A stretch of 30,194 bases of DNA, taken from positions 1 to 30,194 of the forward strand of contig JAQCIU010000038.1 of the NCBI GenBank assembly GCA_027593235.1, read 5' to 3'. Shown here piece after piece: positions 8,735-18,662 of the stretch. Position numbers and translations under genes: made by a program. Within the stretch, counting starts at the first letter, position 1. Each line of letters opens with the position of its first letter. The notes under the pieces are model-generated. The model had not been told where the DNA came from, made no database searches, and saw only the letters and a program-made list of their open reading frames with translations. Source of the stretch: Chloroflexota bacterium. GTDB lineage: Bacteria; Chloroflexota; Dehalococcoidia; UBA2979.

Positions 8735-8899
8735 GGGGTGCTCTCCTCGGGAGTGTGGCGGCGGCGGCGACGGCGCGGCGGGCGGACGTGGCGCGGTCCC
8801 CGACGTCGATCGCCAAGGTCCCTGGGACGCCGGGGGTCCGAAGACAGCGAGGGACGATCGCGCGTCGCTTAGCGACACCGAATGACAACCAGGCTGCAG

Positions 8900-9670
8900 C
8901 TAGCCGGTGCGCAGGCCCATTTCGTTTTGGCCGAAGGGGCAGCGGCGGAGGAGCGGGCATTCGTCGCAGCGGGGGTTGGAGCGGCGGCAGATGTTCTGGC
9001 CGTGGCGGACGATGAGGGCGTGCCATTCGTTCAGTTCGTTGACGTCGGGGCCGATTTTGCCGAGGAAGAAGTCCCGGTAGACGTCGTAGTTGCGCCGGCC
9101 GGGTGGGAGGTCGAGGCGTTCGAAGAGGCGGTAGGAGTAGGCGTCGACGACGAAGGTGGGTTTGCGGGCGGCGTAGAGGGTGATGGCGTCCGCGGTTTCG
9201 GGGCCAATGCCCCAGATGGCGAGCAGGCGTTCGCGCAGTTCGTCCGTATCGGCGTCGAGCAGATCGTCGAGGTCGCCGTAGCCCTCGACGATCTCGAGGC
9301 AGAACGACTGGAGTTTGCGCGCCTTCACGTTGAAGTGCCCGGAGGGGCGCACGAGGTCGGCGAGCACGTCGGTGGGAAGCGCAAGGAGCGCTTCGGCATC
9401 GAGGGCGCCGGCGGCATGGAGGTTTTCAAGCGCGGCGGCGGCGCCCTTCCAGGAGGTGTTCTGGGTGAGGATCGCGCCGAAGCAGATTTCGAGGCGGGCG
9501 CCGGGGCCATCCTCGAGGGCGGTCGGCCACCACTGTTGGTGGCCGTGGAGCTGGAGCAGGGCACGGTAGACGGCGCCGAGCTGGGTGCGGGTCGGCGGAC
9601 GGTGGATGGGCGATTCGCCGGCGTGTTCGCGGCCGGTGCGCCCGGGCTGGAGCCGGCGACCGGAGGGCAC
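8900..9670 (-). CDS. Endonuclease III-related HhH-GPD DNA glycosylase with [4Fe-4S] motif
   Basis: GAILTQNTSW, LLAIWGIGPETADAI (HhH), FVVDAY, CRRSNPRCDECPLLRRC; GTG start inferred just after the upstream stop. Confidence 0.9.
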   Translation of the reverse strand: MPSGRRLQPGRTGREHAGESPIHRPPTRTQLGAVYRALLQLHGHQQWWPTALEDGPGARLEICFGAILTQNTSWKGAAAALENLHAAGALDAEALLALPTDVLADLVRPSGHFNVKARKLQSFCLEIVEGYGDLDDLLDADTDELRERLLAIWGIGPETADAITLYAARKPTFVVDAYSYRLFERLDLPPGRRNYDVYRDFFLGKIGPDVNELNEWHALIVRHGQNICRRSNPRCDECPLLRRCPFGQNEMGLRTG

Positions 9671-9674
9671 CTCG

Positions 9675-10115
9675 CTAGCCCTGCGCCCAGCGCGGGAGGG
9701 TCGCATCCGGGCGGGCGTCGTAGAAGGCGATGTAGGGCTTCAGATCGAGGATCGGGGTGCCATCGACGAGATCGAGGCCCTCGACGGTGAGCGTGTCGCG
9801 GTCGATATCGCGGAGCGCGCAGACGGTGATGGAGATGGGGTTGGGGCGGGCGCCACCGCGAAGGGCGAGCGCACCCTGGAGCGGGAGCTGGTCGTCGCCG
9901 GCGGGGTAGGCGGAGGGGCGATCGCGGAGTTCGGCGGGTATTTCGTGGAGCCAGCCGATGACGATGACGTGCGAGTAGTCGGCGAGGCCGAGCAGGCGAT
10001 CGCCGAAGCCAGGGCGCAAGCGGATGGTGCTGCGCTGACGCGACCAGTCGCCGCGCGCGACGTCGTGCTGGCCGTTGGCAACGGTGCCGATTGGGTCGAT
10101 TGCGATGGGGTCCAC
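9675..10115 (-). CDS. tsaA: TsaA/TrmO (YaeB)-like SAM-binding tRNA methyltransferase domain protein
   Basis: PIGTV, LLGLADYSHVIVIGWLH, RPNPI, GLDLVDGTPILDLKPY; short single-domain form. Confidence 0.85.
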   Translation of the reverse strand: MDPIAIDPIGTVANGQHDVARGDWSRQRSTIRLRPGFGDRLLGLADYSHVIVIGWLHEIPAELRDRPSAYPAGDDQLPLQGALALRGGARPNPISITVCALRDIDRDTLTVEGLDLVDGTPILDLKPYIAFYDARPDATLPRWAQG

Positions 10116-10122
10116 GAGGGTC

Positions 10123-10128
10123 AGTATA
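10123..10128 (-). promoter_or_regulatory. -10 element TATACT, probably giving a leaderless tsaA-like transcript
   Basis: The hexamer lies 7 nt upstream of the GTG start, with no Shine-Dalgarno in between. Confidence 0.55.
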
Positions 10129-10299
10129 GAGGTCCGGCGGCGCAGGTCAGGGCGAGCGCGGATCGCGGTGATTTCGGGCGAATTCGGGAGTAATCGAGGG
10201 CTGACCGGTAGCTCACGACAACGAGCGGCGTGGATACGGCCTGACGGCCCGCGGGCCGTCGCGCGCAGGGTCTTGCGGGCCGAAAACGGGCCCGATCTA

Positions 10300-10308
10300 T
10301 GGTAGAAT
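10300..10308 (+). promoter_or_regulatory. Extended -10 promoter (TGgTAGAAT) for gyrB
   Basis: TGnTAGAAT in an AT-richer patch about 115 nt upstream of the gyrB ATG. Confidence 0.6.
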
Positions 10309-10399
10309 TAGTGGTGTCCATTCAAGCGGGTGATCAATTCCTCGGCAGTCGTGCAGGGCGCTCTGCGCCTCGACGCGATGGTCGGTTGGTCCTCGATGA

Positions 10400-12385
<1,986 letters not shown>

Positions 12386-12399
12386 CCCCCACCCCTCGG

Positions 12400-12867
12400 A
12401 TGGTCGCGACGCCGGGGCCGCAACGCTTCTTCGTTGAGTTCGAGGGCGTGGGCGAGTGCCCGCTGGGGTTCCTTGATGATCCGTCGATCGTGTTGTTCTT
12501 CCAGTCGTGGGCGTTCAGCGCGCGGATGGGCGGTCAGCACGAGCTGGCGCTAGCAGCGAATCACCTGACACAGAAGCTGAAGGTCGATCTGCGGCCGCTG
12601 TATCGCTACGCGGATCGCGACGTGGAGACGCCAGAGGACGCCCGAGAGCTGGAGCGGTCGTGGCAGGCGTCGACGGACCTCGCTGGCTGCGCTCGCGCGG
12701 TGGCGGCGGTCTGGGAAGCACCCGACGCGGTGCTGGCACCGCTCGTGAGTGGCTACGAGCACCTAGCGCCGCGCCTGCGCGAGCTGGCAGCGATGTGCGA
12801 CTGGGGCGCCGCCCGCGACGCACGCGTCCGCATGTCCTTCCTCCTAGGGGTCTTCGACCCTCCCTGA
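12400..12867 (+). CDS. Hypothetical protein (155 aa)
   Basis: Protein-like composition, GC3-biased codons, starts 14 nt after the gyrB stop; no motif recognised. Confidence 0.7.
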   Translation: MVATPGPQRFFVEFEGVGECPLGFLDDPSIVLFFQSWAFSARMGGQHELALAANHLTQKLKVDLRPLYRYADRDVETPEDARELERSWQASTDLAGCARAVAAVWEAPDAVLAPLVSGYEHLAPRLRELAAMCDWGAARDARVRMSFLLGVFDPP

Positions 12868-13138
12868 CCGTTCCGGGTTGTTTGGCGTGCTTTGGTGGCA
12901 GGACCGCGTCGTTCGGGTGCGGGGGGTTGTTTCGCCGGACCTCCTGGGGTCTTCGACCCTTGCTGACCCTTCGGGGCTGGTTGGCGCGCTGTGGTGGCGG
13001 GACCGCGTCGTTCGGGTGCGGGGGTTGTTTCGCCGGACCTCAGTGGGTCTTCGACCCTTGCTGACCCTTCGGGGCTGGTTGGCGCGCTGTGGTGGCGGGA
13101 CAGGCGCCGGTTGGGTGCGGGGGGTGTTCGCCGGACCC
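12841..13138 (+). repeat. Three tandem copies of a ~99-bp structured REP-like unit
   Basis: The anchor gggtcttcgaccc recurs at 12848, 12947 and 13045 (periods 99 and 98); the intervening sequence is also near-identical; it lies between convergent genes. Confidence 0.92.
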
Positions 13139-13142
13139 GGGC

Positions 13143-14146
13143 CTAGGGGTTGAGGAAGCCGGGGGTTTCCCAGGTTCGGGCGTTGAGGCGGGCGTTGTAT
13201 TCGAGGGCGGCGGGGGTGCGCCAGCGGCCGGAGAACCAGACGCCGGTGCAGCCCCAGAGGTCGCCGGGGGCGTATTCGGAGCCACGCTCGAGGTTGTTGA
13301 GCCAGGTGAGTTCGCCCTCGTAGCAGGAACGCCAGACGGCGTAGGCGTAGTCCAGGTTGTAGGTGCTGGAGCGGATGGCGTTGGCGTCCTCGAAGGCCTC
13401 TTGGTGGTAGGGGTAGCGGACCTGCATCAGGCCGATGGACTCGGGGCAGTCGCCGGAGGCGGTGCGGAGATCGGGGTGGCAGGCGGACCGGTCGGCGGTG
13501 CGATCGCCGCCGGTGGTCTGGTCCCACCAGGATTCGAGGACGACCTGCGCGCGGACGATGTCCTCGTCGATACCCCATTTGCAGGCGACCCATTGCAGTA
13601 GCTCATCGGTGGTCCCGACGAAGTCGCCGTCGACGCGCGGGGTGAGGTCGTGTGGTGAGGTGCCGCGGGTGGCGTTGTAGACAGCGTTGCCTGGGCGGAC
13701 CTCGGCGGTCGGCCGGATGCGCGAGGCGCATGCGGCACCCGAGGGGAGGGCGGCTCCGACGGGGAGCGTCTCGAAGGTGGAGCCGGGGGGCGGGGTGGGA
13801 GCCGGCGCCAGCTCACAGACGAGGATCAGCGGGGTGGCGGCGGGGAGTCCCGTCGGGTGGATCGCGAGGAACTGCGCGTTCACGAAGGCGGGCGCGGCGA
13901 AGAGGTATCCGACGAGCGAGCCGGCGGTCGCGCCCGTCCCGTCGGTCCAGATCGCGCGGGGTGCGCAGCCGGCTGCGACAGCGTCGCGCTGGAGCTGATC
14001 GAGCGCGCCCCCCGTCCAGACGAGCAGGCCGAAGCCGCCGGGGCGGGGGACCGCGGTGGCTGGGCGCTGACGCTGGTGGCGCCGAACAGCACGAGCGCGG
14101 CGATCAGCAGGGCGCCGAAGCGGAGGAGCTGCGTGAGACGGGTCAT
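13143..14146 (-). pseudogene. Secreted protein with C-terminal lysozyme-like/SLT domain, interrupted by a 1-nt frameshift near 14055 (real or assembly error)
   Basis: Signal peptide MTRLTQLLRFGALLIAALVLFGATSVSA-Q starts at ATG 14146 in one frame. The protein-like continuation (AVPRPGGFGLLVWTGG...) is in the frame of ORF 13143..13883, which carries WGIDEDIVRAQVVLESWW and SIGLMQV. Confidence 0.7.
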
Positions 14147-14285
14147 GCTGGATCGTCGGGAAAACGCGGGCGCAACGTTACCCACGGTGGCGGACCTCGA
14201 GAGCGACTAGGGGCGGCCGCGTTTGGGAGCCCGCGAGGGCGGACGGGTTGAGCGCGCGAGGGGATCGTCGCACCATCGCGATCCG

Positions 14286-14993
14286 ATGAGTACTTCGCCC
14301 TCGATCCGTGCGCAACGGCGTGAACGCTGGTTTGGCGGGATGTCCCCGCGCGCCATGCTCTTTCGCTGGCTGATGGGGCCGCAGGGTCACCTGCTGGCGA
14401 ACGGGCCGCTGTACCGGCTCCCGGAGAACCTGAAGCTGCGCGCCGAGATGCGGGTGCTGGACATCGGGTGCGGGCGCGGGACGCTGCTGCGGGTGCTGGA
14501 TGAGCAGGTGCGGTTCACGACGCCACCGATCGGGATCGATCTGTCGGCGGAGATGTTGTCGCTGGCACGGCGAGACAACGCGGGACGCCAGTTCGCGCGT
14601 GCGACAGCGGCCACGCTGCCGTTCGCGGATGGTTCGTTTGACCTCGTAACCGCGGGGTACGTGGTGAAGCACCTAGACGACGCGGAATTGCAGGCGTTGC
14701 TGGCCGAGGTGCTGCGGATGCTGCGGCCGGGCGGGTTGGCATTGATCTGGGAGTTCGGGCCGACGGGGAACCGGCGGCTCGACCGGTGGAACGCCTCGGT
14801 GCTGGGCGCGGCGGCGGAGCGGGTGCGGCTGCGGTCGACAGCGACGTTGCGCGCGCAGGCGACCGCGGTGGGGTTCCCGTTCGTCACGGATGCGGATCTG
14901 CGGCCGTTCCTGATGCCACCGATTCCGCGCGCTTCGATCCTGGTGGGGATCCCACCGGAGGGCTTTGACGGGCAGCCGGTCTACCGCGCGTAG
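14286..14993 (+). CDS. Class I SAM-dependent methyltransferase
   Basis: VLDIGCGRG, GIDLSAEML, LPFADGSFDLV, LRPGG; overlaps the nadD 3' end convergently by 13 nt. Confidence 0.88.
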   Translation: MSTSPSIRAQRRERWFGGMSPRAMLFRWLMGPQGHLLANGPLYRLPENLKLRAEMRVLDIGCGRGTLLRVLDEQVRFTTPPIGIDLSAEMLSLARRDNAGRQFARATAATLPFADGSFDLVTAGYVVKHLDDAELQALLAEVLRMLRPGGLALIWEFGPTGNRRLDRWNASVLGAAAERVRLRSTATLRAQATAVGFPFVTDADLRPFLMPPIPRASILVGIPPEGFDGQPVYRA

Positions 14994-15601
14994 AGCCCGA
15001 GTTCGTCGATCACGGCACGTACGGCTGGTGTGGTGAGGTAGTCCGTCGGTCTGCCGTCGCGGACGCGTGTGCGGAGATCGGTAGAGGAGACCTCGAGCAG
15101 CGGCATCTCGATGCGGTCGAGGCGATCCTCGATGCCAGGTACGGCGGCGCGGGTGGCGGGCGGGATTTCGAGGTGGTCGATCAGGCCGGGGCGCATCGCG
15201 AGGGCGAAGCGGGCGAGCTGGACGAGGCGGGCGGGGTCTTTCCAGTGCGGGAGGTCGGCGAGCGCGTCGGCGCCGAGGAGGAACCACCAGTCACCGCCGG
15301 CGGTGACGAACTCCTCGAGGGTGTCGGTGGTGTATGTGGGTCCGGCGCGATCGATCTCGGTGCGGCTGACCGAGGCCCAGGGGAGATCGGCGACGGCGGC
15401 CTCGATCATGCGGAGGCGGTGATCGGGCGCGGTGACCTCGCGGTCGGCCTTGCGGTAGGGGTCGCCGGCGGGGACGAAGATGACCTCGTCGAGCTGGAGG
15501 TCATGGCGCGCGTTGGCGGCGAGCACGAGGTGGGCGATGTGCGGGGGGTCGAAGGTTCCACCGAGGATCCCGGTGCGCCGAGCACGCGGAGGCGTGGTCA
15601 C
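14981..15601 (-). CDS. nadD: Nicotinate-nucleotide adenylyltransferase
   Basis: GILGGTFDPPHIAHL, PTYTTDTL, LLGADA, VSSTDLR; the GTG start overlaps the obgE stop (GTGA). Confidence 0.93.
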   Translation of the reverse strand: MTTPPRARRTGILGGTFDPPHIAHLVLAANARHDLQLDEVIFVPAGDPYRKADREVTAPDHRLRMIEAAVADLPWASVSRTEIDRAGPTYTTDTLEEFVTAGGDWWFLLGADALADLPHWKDPARLVQLARFALAMRPGLIDHLEIPPATRAAVPGIEDRLDRIEMPLLEVSSTDLRTRVRDGRPTDYLTTPAVRAVIDELGLYAR

Positions 15602-16890
15602 GCGCCGTCCCAACGGACGGTGACCTCGCCAATCCGCACCATGTCGCCGGTGCCGACGCCGACACGGTGGAGGGCGCGGGCGACACCGAGGCGGCTCAGT
15701 CGATCGAAGAACTCGGCGCGCGGCTCGGCCTGGTTGAGGTCGAGCGTTTCGGCGAGCCATTCGGGGGTGGAGCCACGGACGATCGGGATATCGCCCTCGT
15801 TGGCGTCGACCTCGAACCGGGCGTGGGTTGGTTCGGGGCGGAGGATGGGGATGGCTTCCTCCTCGCTGGGGGCATCGGCCTCCTTCAAATCCGCGAGGAG
15901 CTGGTAGCTGCGCTGTGCGAGCTGCCGAGTGCCCTCGCCGGTGGCGGCGGAGATCTCGAAGCAGGGGAGGCCGATCGCCTCGATCTGGTCGGCGAGCAGC
16001 TCGAGGTTGGCGCGCGCGTCCGGGTCGTCGAGTTTGTTGAGGGCGAGGATCTGCGGTTTGTCAGCGAGGCCGTGCCCGAAGTCGCGCAGCTCCTGATCGA
16101 TGAGATCGCGGTTGGCGAGCGGATCGTCGGCGGACATGTCGAGGACGTGCACCAGGACGCGGGTGCGCTCGATGTGGCGCAGGAACTCGTGGCCGAGGCC
16201 GACGCCCTGACTTGCGCCCTCGATGAGTCCGGGCATGTCGGCGGCGACGAAGGAGTCGTAGCCGAGGTCGACGACACCGAGTTCGGGCTCGAGGGTGGTG
16301 AACGGGTAGGCGGCGACCTTCGGCGTGGCGCGTGACCAGGCGCGCAGCAACGTGGACTTGCCAGCGTTGGGAAGGCCAATGAGGCCGACGTCGGCGATGA
16401 GCTTCAGTTCGATGCGAAGACGGCGGGTGGTCCCTCGCTGGCCGCGCTGGGCAAACATCGGCGCCTGGCGGGTGGCGGTGGCGAAGCGCTTGTTGCCACG
16501 ACCGCCGCGCCCACCGCGAACTACGAGCATCGAGGCGCCCGACTCGGCGAGGTCGGCGAGCGGGGTGGCGGTGGGATCCGCCTCGGGATCGGCTTCGTCG
16601 AGATCCCAGATCACGGAGCCGGCCGGAACGATGATGGTGAGCTGTTCACCGGCAGCGCCATGCATGCGGTTGGGCCCACCGGGGCGACCGTTGCCGGCGT
16701 AACGGATGCGCTGATCGCGGTATTGCTGAAGCGTGGCGAGGCGGCGTTCGGCAACGAACACGATGTCACCACCGCGGCCGCCATCACCACCATCGGGTCC
16801 GCCACGGGGCGCGAACTTTTCCCGACGGAAGGACACAACACCGTCTCCGCCGTTTCCGGCGACCACTTCGAATTCGACGCAATCGATCAT
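15598..16890 (-). CDS. obgE: GTPase ObgE/CgtA with C-terminal OCT domain
   Basis: AGNGGDG, FRREKFAPRGGPDGGDGG, GLPNAGKST, YPFTTL, DMPGLIEGA, NKLD. Confidence 0.96.
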   Translation of the reverse strand: MIDCVEFEVVAGNGGDGVVSFRREKFAPRGGPDGGDGGRGGDIVFVAERRLATLQQYRDQRIRYAGNGRPGGPNRMHGAAGEQLTIIVPAGSVIWDLDEADPEADPTATPLADLAESGASMLVVRGGRGGRGNKRFATATRQAPMFAQRGQRGTTRRLRIELKLIADVGLIGLPNAGKSTLLRAWSRATPKVAAYPFTTLEPELGVVDLGYDSFVAADMPGLIEGASQGVGLGHEFLRHIERTRVLVHVLDMSADDPLANRDLIDQELRDFGHGLADKPQILALNKLDDPDARANLELLADQIEAIGLPCFEISAATGEGTRQLAQRSYQLLADLKEADAPSEEEAIPILRPEPTHARFEVDANEGDIPIVRGSTPEWLAETLDLNQAEPRAEFFDRLSRLGVARALHRVGVGTGDMVRIGEVTVRWDGA

Positions 16891-16965
16891 GAGATCACCA
16901 CTGTACACAGCCGTGGATTAACGGATGGGTCGCAAAGAAGGAGCACGGGGACATCCAGCATGCAC

Positions 16966-17236
16966 TCTTCTTAGTCATAGTCGTAGTGGGGACGGTGTGG
17001 ATAGGTACCCGATCAGCAAGTCATACCAGTCGATCTGATGATCACATTCGCCCCCGAGCGGTATGGAAACTCTCGGCGTGGACGGGGAGCGGTGTCGTCA
17101 TTTTCCACACGGATGTTCATGACCTCTGCCATGCGCCCGAGACGCGGATCACGCCCGGAATGTTGCCCAAGGCGCGACGTTACTTATCAACGTGTTCTCG
17201 AAGGGGAATTGCGCATCTGTCTCAACAGGTTCCACG
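16966..17236. promoter_or_regulatory. oriC: Candidate replication origin: DnaA boxes plus DnaA-trio-like unwinding element
   Basis: TTTTCCACA at 17101-17109 (fits TTWTNCACA), CTATCCACA (-) at 16996-17004, TTATCAACG at 17184-17192; a GC-rich spacer then TAG-TCA-TAG-TCG-TAG at 16972-16986; lower-GC intergenic region downstream of dnaA. Confidence 0.65.
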
Positions 17237-17264
17237 ACCGTGACCGATGGGTGGCGAGTACGGA

Positions 17265-18608
17265 TCAACGTCCGCCGGCGAGTGTGATCGTTTCGCGCGC
17301 CTTTGCTGCCTGATCGAGGGACCAGGTGGCGGCGAGCAGGGCTTCGGCGCGCTCGGGTGAGCGGACCTCGGCGGTGATGGCGCGGTACTTCGCTTCGAGT
17401 TGCGCGTCGGACATCGGGTTTTCGGGCGAGCCGATGGCGTGGGGGACGTGGATGGTGTGCGCGGCGCCGTCGGCGAGGCGGATCGTGACATGGACCTCGT
17501 CTTCGCCGAGCGCGGGATCGACGGTGGCGTGGACGAGCGAGCGGATGGCGGCGATCCGGGGATCGCGCACGCGGGCGTCGGTGAACTGGGCCTCGTGGCC
17601 GGCGCCGTCGACGAGGGCGGCAGCGGCGCAGTGACGGTGGGAGAACTTGCCTTCGAGGCCGACGGTCGGCTCGAGGTTCATGAGCTCGAGGACGAGCGGG
17701 TGGACGCGCGCCTCGATGGCGGTGACGGCGTCCGGATCGATCGCGTCCGCTTCGCGGAGTTGGATGACGGCGTCCTGGAGCGGGTGCGAGACGACGCCGT
17801 TGGCGAACGGCTTGAGGCCGTTGTTGGCGAGTTCCCAGTGATCGAGCGGGGTCGCGACGGCGTCGATGACGGAGGCGTCGTGGCCGTTGGGTGAGAGCAC
17901 GGCCCAGAAGCCGCGGCGGCCCTCGAGGATCGCGGTGGGACCGGTGAAGCCGGCAGCGGCGAGGCGAGCAGCACGCAACCCGCTGGCAGCGGCGTGGCCG
18001 GCGTGGAGCGCCTTGCCGTTGGTCCCGAAGGCCTCGCGGACACCGGCGGCATGGGTGGCGGCGAGCCCGAGCGCCTGCTCGGTCTGTTCGCGGGTGAGGC
18101 CGAGCAGGCGTGAGGCGGCGGCGGCGGCGCCGAAACCACCGGTGGTGCCGGTGATGTGCCAGCCGGCGTTGTAGTGCCAGGGGTGGATGGACATGGCGAC
18201 GCGGCAGGCGACCTCCGCGCCGATGGCGAAGGCGGCGAGGAGATCGCGTCCGGAGGCGTCGCGATCCTCGGCGGCGGCGAGCGCGGCGGGCCAGACGGGT
18301 GCGCTGGGGTGAAGGATCGAGGGGAAGTGGGTGTCGTCGTAGTCCTGGAGGTGGGCGAGGTAGCCGTTGAGCAGTGCCGCCTGCGCGAGGCCGGCTGGGG
18401 CGCGCCCGATCACGGTGGCGCGCGGCGATGCGGCGTCAGGCGGGACCTCGAGTGATTCGAGGGCGTCGACGGAGTGATCGGTGGAGGCGGAGAGGGCGAC
18501 GCCGAAGACGTTGAGCAGCGTGCGCTTCGCCTCGTGGAGCATGGCGTCGGGGATGGCGTCGACAGGTGTGTCGACGACGAAGGCGGCGAGGGACGCGGTG
18601 GAGGTCAT
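17265..18608 (-). CDS. MmgE/PrpD family protein
   Basis: LNGYLAHLQDYDDTH, HPSAPV, GWHITGT, KALHAGHAA, EGKFS, GSPENPMS; GAGGAG RBS before ATG 18608. Confidence 0.92.
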   Translation of the reverse strand: MTSTASLAAFVVDTPVDAIPDAMLHEAKRTLLNVFGVALSASTDHSVDALESLEVPPDAASPRATVIGRAPAGLAQAALLNGYLAHLQDYDDTHFPSILHPSAPVWPAALAAAEDRDASGRDLLAAFAIGAEVACRVAMSIHPWHYNAGWHITGTTGGFGAAAAASRLLGLTREQTEQALGLAATHAAGVREAFGTNGKALHAGHAAASGLRAARLAAAGFTGPTAILEGRRGFWAVLSPNGHDASVIDAVATPLDHWELANNGLKPFANGVVSHPLQDAVIQLREADAIDPDAVTAIEARVHPLVLELMNLEPTVGLEGKFSHRHCAAAALVDGAGHEAQFTDARVRDPRIAAIRSLVHATVDPALGEDEVHVTIRLADGAAHTIHVPHAIGSPENPMSDAQLEAKYRAITAEVRSPERAEALLAATWSLDQAAKARETITLAGGR

Positions 18609-18662
18609 CGGCACTCCTCAGAGTTGCGCGCGACCTCGAGGGTTGGCGACCGCGCGTGCGGG

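Noticed and set aside
12841-13138. CRISPR array
   Set aside because: The sequence between anchors is repeated rather than unique, the ~99-bp period is too long, and there are no cas genes.
12878-13153. ORFs with repeated peptides within the 99-bp repeat
   Set aside because: Unit lengths of 99 and 98 break the frame, and there is no RBS.
16986-17313. Small ORFs 16986..17243 and 17038..17313
   Set aside because: Atypical codon usage and no motifs; they lie within the DnaA-box-containing spacer.
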